A stretch of DNA of 64,000 bases from Eledone cirrhosa. Taxonomy: Eukaryota. The stretch is from NCBI GenBank assembly GCA_964016885.1, contig OZ024753.1:19840001-19904000 (forward strand), given 5' to 3'. Position numbers and translations under genes: made by a program. The stretch's first letter is position 1. Each line of letters starts with the position of its first letter. Of the stretch, positions 29,382-43,286 are shown piece by piece. A model generated the notes under the pieces. The model saw only the letters and a program-made list of their open reading frames with translations. It had not been told where the DNA came from and did not search any database.

Positions 29382-29575
29382 GAATTGTGGTAAGGAACCA
29401 GGTGGACCATAACGCACCAGAGTATTCAATACTTAGGGTAGTTGATTGGGTGATAGGTAAAGGTATGACCCCGACAGCAGATCTCACGCCGTATCGACGG
29501 CTATTTCAGGACAATAGCCTGAAATAGCCGTCGAAACGGCGTGAGCTCTGCCGTCGGGGTCATACCTTTTCCTAT
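29382..29575. repeat. Repeat family ending in a ~60-bp-arm hairpin; other copies at 11309-11493 and 23638-23715
   Basis: aaaggtatgaccccgacagcaga...ctatttcagg / cctgaaatag...tctgccgtcggggtcataccttt. Confidence 0.8.
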
Positions 29576-30387
29576 ATATATATACACATATATATATTGC
29601 TGTGAAGATATATATCACACTCTACTTTTGTCTAGTCTAAACAATAACTTTTCCAAACACCCACTTTACTTTTCTTTAAAAATGACACCCACCTCGTTTT
29701 ATGTCTGCCATATACTTGGATTTGGGGGCCTCTGTTGTATATATATATATGCACTTGTGCGTACATACATATATATACACATCAGTATGGATTTGTGTGT
29801 GTGTCTGTGTGGGTAGGTGTGAGTGTATGTGCAAGTCAACCAACATAAGTCTTTTTATTTGTAAACTTTCTAATTATTTGACTCTAAGCATAATTTTCAG
29901 TATTACCACCCCGCATAAATTCCACAATGTGTATGTGTGGTGGTGTGTGTATGTCTGTGAGGGTGGGTGTGAGTGTAAGTGCAAGTCAACCAACATAAGT
30001 CTTTTTATATGTAAACTTTCTAAGTATTTGACTCTACCCATAATTTTAAGTAGCACCACCCCACATAAATTCCTCAATTTAAGAATGCCCTGTAGTATCG
30101 AATGTCATACTATAAACCTCAATTGAATATATATCTGACCAGGAATGCTTTTTGCGAAAATCAGTCATATGGAACTCTTGTCATCCTGACTGACGGTTTG
30201 AACTTTACAAAACCACATACCTCTTTGAGGTCAAATACCAACCCTACTAGCGTCTAAAAACTGACCAATGAGAATTAAGATTATTCCTGCTGACAACATC
30301 AATTTATCCCTAACAAGTTCATATGTCCCAAGGCTCTGAAACCATCCATACCAACAACACAGAGCTGGCATATTTAAGAACTGACTA

Positions 30388-30443
30388 ACTGTCTGATGAA
30401 TTCATAGCCATTCAACGGCTATCATCGAAATATATATATCAGT
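30388..30443 (+). ncRNA. Minimal type I hammerhead
   Basis: ACTGT CTGATGA..ATAGCC/GGCTAT..GAAA TATAT ATA TCAGT. Confidence 0.6.
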
Positions 30444-30488
30444 AAATAAAGGATTATGTGTTCATGCAATTGACTTATGTTTCGTCAC

Positions 30489-30532
<44 letters not shown>

Positions 30533-30560
30533 GGTGTACATAGATCTGTATGTATATATA

Positions 30561-30760
30561 TATATAAAGATTTACATATACATAAAGTCACAGATATATA
30601 TGTGGCAACCGGTCACGTTGTGGCTCAATGAAGAATTAACAATTTATGATTTATGATATATTGCTCTGATTATTTAATTTATTAATTCTTAATTGAGCCA
30701 CAGCGTGACCGGTTGCCACATATATATCTGTGACTTTATGTATATGTAAATCTTTATATA
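30561..30760. repeat. Inverted repeat, ~79-bp arms
   Basis: 30561-30639 vs 30682-30760. Confidence 0.9.
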
Positions 30761-31373
30761 TAATAATCTCCCGTTGGGTTGAGATGCAATTGGGCGATAT
30801 TGGGCTGCGCTTTCTAGCAACCAGCCTACCCACCATAAGCAACTAATCACATTCTTTCTAACTTGACCACTGCCACGTCATGATTCTTAGCCATTTTTGA
30901 ATCTATTTTAGGCGCGATCGTTTTGGAAAATTAACTGTCCAACTGAGTTTGTCTCCTGATGTGTCTGTTACATTAGGTTCATCCTTAACAGTAGGATATC
31001 TAAAAATACGGACGAAACCATGGTAGAGATCTAATTACGGTATATACACGTTTCTTCTAAGTTTAAATTTACACCTAATTGTGTATAGTTGACGGTATAT
31101 TTAGTCAGTTTCTACATGCTGTTGAAATGTTGGGTAAATACTCTATTGGGTCACCGCGAAGAGGCCGCTTTCGGTTATTTGTCGAAAATTTCTTCATAGG
31201 AGCCTTTATTCTTATAGACTGGACTAATTGATTTTTTTTATATGGTTAATTATGCTAATTGGGAGAGGAAATGGCATATATTTTATCTAATAATTCTAAG
31301 GACATGATTTATGATGTATATATATATATATATATTCCTTATCGAGCCCTCTTCGAATTTTACTCTATGCTAT

Positions 31374-31891
31374 GTCGGATCACTCTTGAATGCTACTGGT
31401 AACATGTAACCCAATAAAACCTGTTGCATGGTCGGGTCGTCGGCGACTAACCCGGCAACCCCACCAAGTTTACCTAGTGAGGAGAGTGATTTTGGACACC
31501 CTGTAGGACAAAGGGCGGAAGAAGTCATAAGAGTCAACGGCCAACCAAAAGTGTGTAAATATGTATATACACATGTACCGCGCAGTTAAACCACAGGGTG
31601 TGAAGGACCCCTAGCCTTTGTCAGGGCATTCTACTAGGAGAAGGCAACTCAGAAACTGGGATAACTCCGATATAAAACCTGCGACTCTGTAGTTACCGAT
31701 GATATTGATCTTTTTTTCTTTTCAGGTTATAGCTACTGTCGCTCAGAGAGTGGGATTGGCTCAGTGCACAGTCTTTCCTCACTTTAAAACATATCTTCAC
31801 GCACAGGCATTGCACGATAGAATTAATTAATAATTATTAATTATTGTATATCATGCAATGGCCATACGCGATAACGAGGGGGCAGCCATCA
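31374..31891 (+). mobile_element. Non-autonomous bipartite RTE-derived element
   Basis: Homologous to 5594-6203; ends gagggggcagccatc(atgt)n. Confidence 0.7.
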
Positions 31892-33035
31892 TGTATGTAT
31901 GTATGTATGTATGCATGTATGTATATGTGTATATATATAGGGGACATATTTACCGACACGCCTGCTGTATTCGGAGTAACACTTTGTTGCAGAGTTGTTT
32001 ATTTAGTTTTATTGATTATTAGTTTTGTTGTCTGATTACCTCTATATCTTTACATTTGGCGAATAGCGTTCCTATGTATTTGCCATCAGTGTATCGTAAG
32101 GAATGGAATGCATTGTACTGATGAGTGTATTACAATAGATGACATCAGGAAGATAAGATATTGACGAGTATTTAAGACGAGTATTTAAGACGTGTATTTA
32201 AGACTGTATTTAGTGGCGTTATTTTCAATTTATCCCACTAATGGGCCTAAAACAAATAACTCTGTATATCTAGAATGAACTGTTGATTTCGAAAATGGCT
32301 GTTTCACTTGTTAGATCAATGTAACAGCTTACTCATGATATCACAGTGTAAGTGTCTCAGCATTCTACGGACACATATAGCTTTAACCCTTTAGCATTTA
32401 TATTACTCTATGTTTACTATTGTATTTTCCCAGTAAAGACTTTATCTCACATAATAGCCAATCTATGTGATTTTGATATTATCTATTTTGAGAACAATAA
32501 CTTAATGTCAGTATGAGTTGCCGGTGATGGTCGGATTGAACAGAAAGAGTTGAGGGAATTCTGGCCGGACACGGCCAGTTCAAATATTAAAGGATTTAGG
32601 TATTTTCTCATGGAGTGTAACACAGTATGTGAGACGTGTGGCCTCAATGAATTACAGGTAGAATCCATCCAACTCCCTTCCAAACAGTTTCTATCCATCA
32701 ATCGAGCCCTGAGGAGATCCAAGACACTTCCCTATGATGTCGTACCATTGAAGTGAACACCTTAACACATAGGATATATAACATTCATTCTCTGCATCTA
32801 AATAGGAAATGTATTAATATTTTCATTTCGTATATTTCAATTAATCCTCTTATTGCAACCCTGGAACATCTACACACACTTGCGCACGCGAATAATTCCA
32901 CAAATGAAGCCATGGTTAACATTCAGCTCTTTCTCATTAAGGAATTAACGGTGGTTTTGAATCAAACGAAACCAATTACTATTTCATTCGTTTTGCATAT
33001 TTATAGATGGTTTATTTCTTAATCTTGGAGCTATT

Positions 33036-33207
33036 GGTGAATTGGCAGTATCGGTAGAGGGTCGGACGCATAGAGTTACGACCCTTGCAATTCTGAGTTC
33101 AAATCCCGCCGAGGTTAACTTTGCCTTTCATGCTTACGGAGTCGAGAAAATAAAGTACCAGTAATGTACTGGAAATTGCTGGCCTTGTGCCAAAAGTAGA
33201 AACAATT
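33036..33207 (+). mobile_element. tRNA-derived SINE A
   Basis: A/B boxes and conserved body. Confidence 0.85.
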
Positions 33208-33613
33208 ATTAGAGGTAAGGCGGAGGAAATCATTTACAATTGTTATTTATAGAAAGGAAGAACATTCAGTAATCAATATGTACATTGGTTTAAAGAAAAT
33301 ATGAAATGTGTTAGGATCATTTGAAATGTCTAATATATTTGGGTGATACATTCTTTGAACTTTCATGAACCTAACAAGGCTGAACATACTAAGGAGTCAA
33401 CTGTTGTATTAATTAGTTCTGTATAACTGAAGTAAATAATCTAATCAACATAGTTAAATATATATAAGAGATTAACGTAGCGACGTGACTCAGATAAACA
33501 AGAAGTCGTTAGAATTTCAGTTTTGTTGGTAGTGGTAATGGATTTGTTGCTCGTCTTGGGGATGCAACTCTCAAGTGCATATATACAATCATATATACAT
33601 ATATATATATATG

Positions 33614-34777
33614 TAGATAATTTAATATATCTACTAACATAAGCGCACAGATGTACGCTAATGCCAGCAAATACACAGGTTATGTAATAGTACCTAGGTG
33701 GTTCAATGCAGGAGAATGCAGAACAATAATATATAAGACGTAAAATAAGAAAATTTCTTTAAAAAAATTTAAAAAAAAAATTAACTTACTTTCTTAAATT
33801 TTCACTCCAACTAATTAGTCTCTGCAATGGGATAAAGACAGTTACGTAATGAACTGTTGAGAATTTCATTGCGTCATCAGGGAGGTCATTCTCAGCCGAG
33901 TCTCCAGGCGATGCGCGGACACTGGGGTCTCATATAAAAATAATAATAATTCGGCAACTGGAACAGCTATCGAGGACTGGATTCCAGCCACTGAAAATTC
34001 TCACTGCCACTGATCATATGGCCGATTCTAAAGAATCAATCACGTGACACAGAGGCTAGTTAGTAGGAATGGGATGGTAAGATGACAGACGCCTACTAAC
34101 ACCCCCAAAAAAAATTTTTTAGAAGTCGTTTTGGCAGGTTTGCTCGACAAATCAGTGATTTGGAGATAAATATAGATAATTTAATATATCTACTAACATA
34201 AGCGCACAGATGTACGCTAATGCCAGCAAATACACAGGTTATGTCATAGTACCTAGGTGGTTCAATGCAGGAGAATGCAGAACAATAATATATAAGACGT
34301 AAAATGAGAAAATTTCTTTAAAAAAATTTTTTTTTTTAAATTAACTTACTTACTAAAATTTTCACTCCAACTAATTAGTCTCTGCAATGGGATAAAGACA
34401 GTTACGTAATGAACTGTTGAGAATTTCATTGCGTCATCAGGGAGGTCATTCTCAGCCGTGTCTCCAGGCGATGCGCGGACACTGGGGACTCATATAAAAA
34501 TAATAATAATTCGGCAACTGGAACAGCTATCGAGGACTGGATTCCAGCCACTGAAAATTCTCACTCTCACTGATCATATGGCCGATTCTAAAGAATCAAT
34601 CACGTGACACAGAGGCTAGTTAGTAGGAATGACCTCCCTGATGACGCAATGAAATTCTCAACAGTTCATTACGTAACTGTCTTTATCCCATTGCAGAGAC
34701 TAATTAGTTGGAGTGAAAATTTAAGTAGTTAATTTTTTTTTTTTTTTTTTTTAAAGAAATTTTCTTATTTTACGTCT

Positions 34778-34781
<4 letters not shown>
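33614..34781. mobile_element. Non-coding ~560-bp tandem monomers plus inverted copy, three hammerheads (33805-33884 -, 34365-34444 -, 34634-34713 +)
   Basis: 33614 repeats at 34173; CTCC CTGATGA C GCAATG..CATTGC A GAGAC TAATTA GTT GGAG; (TA)n on both sides. Confidence 0.85.
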
Positions 34782-34809
<28 letters not shown>

Positions 34810-34864
34810 CATGTGTGTGTGTGTGTATGTATATGTATATGTGTATATATATATATATTTCAAT

Positions 34865-35125
34865 GATATTAATAAATGGAAACTATAATTATAAAACCAT
34901 ATTTATTCTATTATATATATTTCAAGGGTACCAAAACTTTCGTACGCCCTCATCAGATAAAATACAAAGTTTGTTTTATAAATAGTGACATACCCAAGAA
35001 TGAGACCTTAACGATTCAAGTTTCGTCACTATTTATCAAACAAACTTTGTATTTTATCTGATGAGAGCGTACTAAATTTGGTACACTTGAAATATATATG
35101 ATAGAATAAATATGGTTTTATAAAT
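34865..35125. mobile_element. Fold-back element with two hammerheads (34904-34964 -, 35050-35108 +), same family as 10483-11146
   Basis: TATTTTAT CTGATGA GGGCGTAC..GTACCCTT GAAA TATAT ATA ATAGAATA. Confidence 0.8.
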
Positions 35126-35288
35126 ATATTTGTTGAATTACCAACAAATTAAATATCCCTTTGCTTATATATATCAATGATATTAGTGCTTCGAATCTGT
35201 TATAAATAAATTTGATGAATAACCAACAAATTAAATATCTCTTTGTTTATATATATATATATATATATATATGTAACTCACATAAAAA

Positions 35289-35590
35289 GAAGTCGTGAGA
35301 ACGTCAGAATGTTTTGTGGTATTAGTTTCCGCTCTTTTCTCTCTAAGCCCAATTCTCGCCGACTCGGCGAGGTCAACTTCGCCCTACATCTATTCGTGTT
35401 CGATAAAAAAAAGTACCAGTCCAGTACTGGGGTCGATTCTTCCTTTTTATATCTTCCTCATTTCCTTTCCCTCTTACTCTATCCTTCTCTGGAAGAAATC
35501 TACCGCCAGACATTTAAAATGCCTTAGAAAGTTTGCATGTCAATATAGTGTCCCTATGACTCCCTCAAAAGTTTATGGGACCAAGAAGAA
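35289..35590 (+). mobile_element. Older SINE family B (also 51003-51330 +, 61625-61960 -)
   Basis: Shared cgataaaaa..gtaccag..tactggggtcgattcttcct body and tail. Confidence 0.7.
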
Positions 35591-36446
35591 GAACCCAGAT
35601 AAATACTTGCGAACAAATTGCATATTAGAATGTTGGATATATAACTAGCTAATTTGCGTATTTAGTTAGATATTTAACTGAGTTTGCTTGTCAAACCTTT
35701 AAATGTAACACACGTAAAACATATATACATTTTAAAGTCGTAATGTGATTGGTATAAGTTATTAATGTTTATATATCATTAAAATGTAATGTTAGTGGAA
35801 ATCATCATTTTCAGTAGTCACGTGTATAAGGAATATAATATTTTAAACGCAATAAAAGATTTTAAAAGAAAATGTATTCTTGGTTAATTCCAGGCGTTTT
35901 TGCTATGTTTTTCTTTTTTCTTTCCTCATAATTTATTTCACTTGTCGTGTAGAAATTTAAAATATAAAAACGGTACATACAAGAAAGAAGTGTGACACAC
36001 TATATACAAAGAAGAGAATAATAAGTTGTTAGGGATGGAACGAAGTGGTTTATTATTGAGAATGAGTTAATCAAGCTAGTGAGGACAGCAGGAAGGATTA
36101 TAGTAAAACTATCATCTTTTTTATGACACCCTGATGAAGGGCACTTTACGAAAAATCGTTTAACATTTTTGTTTCTAAATTTTGAAGTATTTTGTTAATG
36201 TTACTATAAACATGTTTTTTTACTTCAAATGAAATTATTAGCGAATGAATTTAAAATTCCTACAGTTTTGAAATCAGTCCAAGTATTTGAACTTTTGTTT
36301 AAATGGTGACCCATTGGTAGAAACGTTAAAAGATTTGACGAATAAACGCAATTGTTAATAACATAACATCTACTGTACATAGTTTAAGAATGTTTGTGCG
36401 TGTTCTGCATTAAGTATATATTTTTTATGGTATTATACTTACACAC

Positions 36447-36629
36447 GGTGGATTGGCAGTATCGGTGGAGGGTCGGACGCCATGCTTTCCAGCATAGTTA
36501 CGTCCCTTTACGATCTGAGTTCAAATCCTGCCGAGGTTGACTTTGCCTTTCATCCTTACGGGGTCGATAAAATAAAGTACCAGTAATGTACTGGGTAATT
36601 GCTGGCCTTGTGCCAAAAGTAGAAATAAT
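36447..36629 (+). mobile_element. tRNA-derived SINE A
   Basis: TGGCAGTATCGG and GAGTTCAAATCC boxes. Confidence 0.9.
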
Positions 36630-36929
36630 TATACTTACACACAGGCACACAAATACACACACACGCGCATACACATACACGCATACATACATACATACAT
36701 ACATACATACATACATACATACATACATACATACATACATACATACATACATACATAGCCAGTCAACGCTATCAGTTGCACATTTTGGCGTGGGAGACTA
36801 TTCATTAAATTTAAGATGAATACTATCTCCTACAGTAATGCCACAACTATCAGTCATGTTGAATAACTGGATATTCTTCTAACTATATCCACTGAAGACA
36901 CATTTTATTCGAATTCGTAAAAATATCCG

Positions 36930-39400
36930 ACTAAATACTAAAATCATTTAACAAGGATTTGCTACAAACAGCATGTCCGGGAACAACATCATCAACAACA
37001 ACAATTTAACGAACATAAATGAAGACAACATTTTACCGAAGAATAGCAATAGGAAAGGTAAACAAAATTTATTTAGTTGTAGCTACAGAAGAAACAGAAA
37101 TTATAAATCGCATTTCTCTTGGAGTTAAAAACTTAATGATGATTTATTGAATTGTTATAAAATGGCAAAACTGGAATGAAACTACACTGGGACGAAATAC
37201 ATCCAGAGATTAATCACTTCGCAGCCAAACGACGTCTGTTGAACGTAAAAATAACATAAAATTATTAATTGCAAGTCCCCCAGAAGAAACATGCAATCAA
37301 CACCACGTGCTACGGGTCGCCATGATACTAGAATTTCTAGCAGTCAGCTGGATCTCTCTCTTAAAAAAACTATATGGTAAGGAATTTGGAACCACGTGTA
37401 TCAACTGAGTCTGCTTCTGTTCATAATGATAATCAAGAGTATAAACAATTGAAATTTGCCCTCTACGAAATCTTCCAGAGAGGAATTAATTCATGTATAA
37501 ACGTTTCTCTTGCTGAACGTATTAAGAAAAACAATACTAAAGAAAATAAGACCAAATAATGAAATATTACGTGCTACTGACGAAATAGCGGATGAATGTT
37601 TACGCCTCTTTATATGCTCTAACAACGACGAAACCAAGCATCAGTCAATAGAGATATGAAGGGCAAAATAATAAATGTCACTGACGCCCCATCCAAGAAA
37701 GACATAGATTCCTTTTGCAGAAACATATGAGATGAAAAGAAGAATTTCAACCAAGATGCGGTGTGGATAAAAAAATTCCAAAAGAACTATTACCCCTAGA
37801 CTACAACACAAACATACGAAATAAATGAGGATACCCTTGAGAATGTGATAGGAAAACTCCAAGATAAGAAAACTCAGGAAGACACATGATTGTCGGCTAC
37901 CGGTACAAAAAACTGATATTCTATCGGATGTATCTTATCGACTTCTACCAACAAGTTCTCAAGCGAGATACACATATACCAGAATGGTTGACATTAGCAC
38001 AAACATTACTGGTGACCAAGAAAAAAGACACCCACTTGGCAAAAACCGACCGACCCATTGCATAACCGAACCTGTTGTATAAGATGTATGCACCCTGCCT
38101 GAACCTATTTCTCCAAGATCACTGTGAAAATAATAACATCATCACAGATGAACTAGTAGCTGGAGAGAAAAGGGTTTGGGGATGTGCTGAACAACTCCTA
38201 ATCAACAAAACTGCGATGTCGGAGGTGCGACAACTTAGGAGGAATATGGCTACAGTCTGGCTGGACTACAGGGAAACATTTGATTATGTCCCCCATTCTT
38301 GGATTATAGGGGCCCTCCGACTTGCAAAAGTCCCAGACACGATTATCAAACCATAGAGAAGCTGTCTTCTTCTTAGGCTACTATCCTAAATTTAAAAACA
38401 GAAAAGGGGGACTCTATTTTCACTGATAAAATAGAATATCACAGGGGTATATTTCAAGGAGACAATCTCTCTGTGATACTATTTCTCCTGTCATTAAACC
38501 CCTTTTCCTTTCTGCTGTAGAAATGTGTACAACTTAAGCCATAATTTCTTTGTGGATGATCTGAAACTCTATGCCAAGAACATGGATGGGATGAAGAAAA
38601 ATCTTGACCTGGTTACAACATTCTCAAAGGATATAGGAAATTTGGCCAAGATAAATGTTCATATATGACTGTAATTGGGGAAACACTACAACCCAATCCA
38701 GCAACATTTTTATCAATGGCCTAATTGTTTCACCGATATCTGACGAGAACTACTACATATACCTTGGGATAGATGAGAATATATCCTATAATGGTATCTG
38801 TAACAAGGAACGCGTAATCAGGAATACTACACCCAATCAAGAAAGATATGGTCATCGGAACTCTCGGAACAGCATTTGACTGTCACATCATATCCCGACA
38901 ACATTTACGAACCTCCCAAAGTAGGAGCCCATCTACTGAGCAAGTATGTATGCATGAGAAAGATAATATCATAAGAGTTGGGAAGGAACTCCTCGAAAGA
39001 TATTACCTGTGTGATAAATAAAAGCTCTCACCCAGGGAGATTGTCCAGCAGTACCGCAGTGAATCCATGGATAAAAAACTGCATGCTTATCAGTAATAAA
39101 TCAGGCATGGATATGTTGCCAGGAAGCTCTAGAGTGAGAGTAATATAGATAAACAAAGTAGTCTATATTGGACCATCAACCCATATATTGGTCCCACTTT
39201 GAAGGATACGCTTTTGCAATCCAAGAACAGGAAATCAACACGAATTACCTGATTCACAAAAGAGAATGCAGGCAAAACACCTAGATGTGACAAGTGCAGA
39301 CTCTGCAGAATTAACATCGAAGATGTCACCCATGTCATCAGCAGCTGTCCAAAGATGTCATCACGGTACTATCTACCTAGGAGGCATGATGTAGGGGCCG
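36930..39400 (+). pseudogene. Decayed R4/Dong-clade LINE (same family as 6376-8570)
   Basis: WLDYRETFDYVPHSWI, GIFQGDNLS, FFVDDLKLYA, CRLCRINIEDVTHVISSC, RHD. Confidence 0.85.
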
Positions 39401-39851
39401 ATAAATACCAACATCCTGTGTGTAGAGGTTCGGTATGGATGATATATCATCGATATATAATTCCAAATATTATAGATTGAGGGGTCATTTTTGTTTTAAC
39501 AATTATATTTCTGCTTCATAAAAAACATATATTGATATATTGCCATCTCTGGGAATTAAATAAAAAATGGCGTAGACATTACAGTACAATACGATACAAT
39601 GGGAGGAAACATAATAGTACCACTGATGATGTTGCAAATGTGCAACGAAAGAACTTTTATAGACTATATATATATATTTATATCTGTATATTTAACCGTT
39701 GGTCAATCAATGATAAACATTGATTGCCAAATGAATTAACTATGGAGATATAAAAGACACAGATGCGAAAACCAACCAAAACCAAAGAGTGAGTGTGTCC
39801 TCTAATTATTTCTGGCAATATTATTACAACAATATGATCCTCCCCAAGTAT

Positions 39852-39895
<44 letters not shown>

Positions 39896-42540
39896 GAGGA
39901 AATACTATTTAAGCATGAGCTTTTTTGTTTATTTAAATGATCTCTTCGAAACATCTGTGCCTATATTTACACCTAATGTTATGTTAGTATCGATTTAATG
40001 AGTGCAAACTTACCCTCTTTTAGAAAGTCTTCTTCTATTTCACAAGTGTGCATTTGAAAGGATTATAGAAAATGAATTGCCATTTTTCTCAGTTCATAGT
40101 TGAGCTGTACTCTTGAGAAAATATATATTCACACATGCGCAAAGACACACTCACACACATACACACATACACACACACACTCACACACATACACACACAC
40201 ATACACATGTATGTACATAACACAAACACCCACACATACACACATATATATGTATATACATTTAGTAGAACTAAATCTTCATACTTTTCAAAAATATACG
40301 CAGCTTCGTTTTTTCTGGTTTTATAATTTTATAATTTTTGCCAATGGGGAGAGAGTCGGTTTCTATCATAGACACAAAACTCTCTCATTAGAATTCACAC
40401 ATCAACTAGGTAGATATGTATATATGTCTGCATGCATGTGTGTGTAAGTATGTATGTTTTGAGTTGTATGTGTGCATGTGTATATGCTTTGTATCTATAC
40501 ATGTGTATATACAGTTATTAGATACAGATTAATTTTGGAATGTGTTACATATTTTTACTGTTCCTCTATACACAGGATGTTGGTATTTATCGGCCACTAC
40601 ATCATGCCTCCTAGGTAGATAGTACCGTGATGACATCTTTGGACAGCTGCTGATGACATGGGTGACATCTTCGATGTTAATTCTGCAGAGTCTGCACTTG
40701 TCACATCTAGGTGTTTTGCCTGCATTCTCTTTTGTGAATCAGGTATTTCGTGTTGATTTCCTGTTCTTGGATTGTAAAAGCGTATCCTTCAAAGTGGGAC
40801 CAATATATGGGTTGTTGGTCCAATATAGATTACTTTGTTTATCTATATTACTCTCACTCTAGAGCTTCCTGGCAACATATCCATGCCTGATTTTTTACTG
40901 ATAAGCATGCAGTTTTTTATCCATGGATTCACTGCGGTACTGCTGGACAATCTCCCTGGGTGAGAGCTTTTATTTATCACACAGGTAATATCTTTCGAGG
41001 AGTTCCTTCCCAACTCTTATGATATTATCTTTCTCATGCATACATACTTGCTCAGTAGATGGGCTCCTACTTTGGGAGGTTCGTAAATGTTGTCGGGATA
41101 TGATGTGACAGTCAAATGCTGTTCCGAGAGTTCCGATGACCATATCTTTCTTGATCGGGTGTAGTATTCCTGATTACGCGTTCCTTGTTACAGATACCAT
41201 TATAGGATATATTCTCATCTATCCCAAGGTATATGTAGTAGTTCTCGTCAGATATCGGTGAAACAATTAGGCCATTGATAAAAATGTTGCTGGATTGGGT
41301 TGTAGTGTTTCCCCAATTACAGTCATATATGAACATTTATCGTGGCCAAATTTCCTATATCCTTTGAGAATGTTGTAACCAGGTCAAGATTTTTCTTCAT
41401 CCCATCCATGTTCTTGGCATAGAGTTTCAGATCATCCACAAAGAAATTATGGCTTAAGTTGTACACATTTCTACAGCAGAAAGGAAAAGGGGTTTAATGA
41501 CAGGAGAAATAGTATCACAGAGAGATTGTCTCCTTGAAATATACCCCTGTGATATTCTATTTTATCAGTGAAAATAGAGTCCCCCTTTTCTGTTTTTAAA
41601 TTTAGGATAGTAGCCTAAGAAGAAGACAGCTTCTCTATGGTTTGATAATCGTGTCTGGGACTTTTGCAAGTCGGAGGGCCCCTATAATCCAAGAATGGGG
41701 GACATAATCAAATGCTTCCCTGTAGTCCAGCCAGACTGTAGCCATATTCCTCCTAAGTTGTCGCACCTCCGACATCGCAGTTTTGTTGATTAGGAGTTGT
41801 TCAGCACATCCCCAAACCCTTTTCTCTCCAGCTACTAGTTCATCTGTGATGATGTTATTATTTTCACAGTGATCTTGGAGAAATAGGTTCAGGCAGGGTG
41901 CATACATCTTATACAACAGGTTCGGTTATGCAATGGGTCGGTCGGTTTTTGCCAAGTGGGTGTCTTTTTTCTTGGTCACCAGTAATGTTTGTGCTAATGT
42001 CAACCATTCTGGTATATGTGTATCTCGCTTGAGAACTTGTTGGTAGAAGTCGATAAGATACATCCGATAGAATATCAGTTTTTTGTACCGGTAGCCGACA
42101 ATCATGTGTCTTCCTGAGTTTTCTTATCTTGGAGTTTTCCTATCACAGTCTCAAGGGTATCCTCATTTATTTCGTATGTTTGTGTTGTAGTCTAGGGGTA
42201 ATAGTTCTTTTGGAATTTTTTTATCCACACCGCATCTTGGTTGAAATTCTTCTTTTCATCTCATATGTTTCTGCAAAAGGAATCTATGTCTTTCTTGGAT
42301 GGGGCGTCAGTGACATTTATTATTTTGCCCTTCATATCTCTATTGACTGATGCTTGGTTTCGTCGTTGTTAGAGCATATAAAGAGGCGTAAACATTCATC
42401 CGCTATTTCGTCAATAGCACGTAATATTTCATTATTTGGTCTTATTTTCTTTAGTATTGTTTTTTTTAATACGTTCAGCAAGAGAAACGTTTATACATGA
42501 ATTAATTCCTCTCTGGAAGATTTCGTAGAGGGCAAATTTC
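37451..42540. repeat. Near-perfect inverted duplication, ~1.98-kb arms (37451-39428 / 40563-42540)
   Basis: Mirror ORFs in the track (38075 vs 41635; 38655 vs 41112; 39129 vs 40653) differ by only 1-2 residues. Confidence 0.95.
39560..39858 (+). mobile_element. Neptune-type pLTR fragment with hammerhead (39619-39660)
   Basis: CTGATGA T GTTGCA-AATG-TGCAAC GAAAG AA CTT; 3' end ccctccccaagtataacaa-(TA)n. Confidence 0.75.
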
Positions 42541-42594
42541 GCTACCACAAAATAATATTTTAAACATATTGGCTGTAATGTCTCAATATATAAA

Positions 42595-42644
<50 letters not shown>

Positions 42645-42650
<6 letters not shown>

Positions 42651-43286
42651 TTGGTGCTCTGAAATAGCTATATATATATGAATGTATATATAGTGTATAT
42701 TGCAATACACTGTACGCTTAATTAAAAGCATTTCGAAGACCTTATGCTATTGTTTTAGAGTAGTGACAGACTCACTTACTTTACTTTTCAGCAAACAGGG
42801 GGAGATAAAGCTGACAAGGCCTTGTTTCGCGTTTATTGATTCTTATCAAAGCCAACTACTCCTCCTGTTTGCTGAAATCATGGATGTTTGGTTCTTATAG
42901 AATTCTAGTAAATAATCAGGAACTGATTATACAGAGCGATTGCCGGTCAAGCAGAAATTGAAAATTAGAATTGGTGCTCTGAAATAGCTATATATATATG
43001 AATGTATATATAGTGTATTTTGCAATACACTGTACGCTTAATTCAAAGCATGATTATTTACTAGAATTCTATAAGAACCAAACATCCAGGTTTTCAGCAA
43101 ACGGGAGGAGTAGTTGGCTTTGATAAGCAGCAATAAATGCGAAACAAGCCCTTGTCAGCTTTATCTCCCCCTATTTGCTGAAAAGTAAAGTAAGTGAGTC
43201 TGTCACTACTCTAAAACAATAGCATAAGGTCTTCGAAATGCTTTTAATTAAGCAAACAGTGTATTGCAAAATACACTATATATACA

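Noticed and set aside
32483-32760. Possible host exon
   Set aside because: Frames contain stops and resemble a heavily decayed LINE RT (SFNI*TG..LFLFN); too weak to annotate
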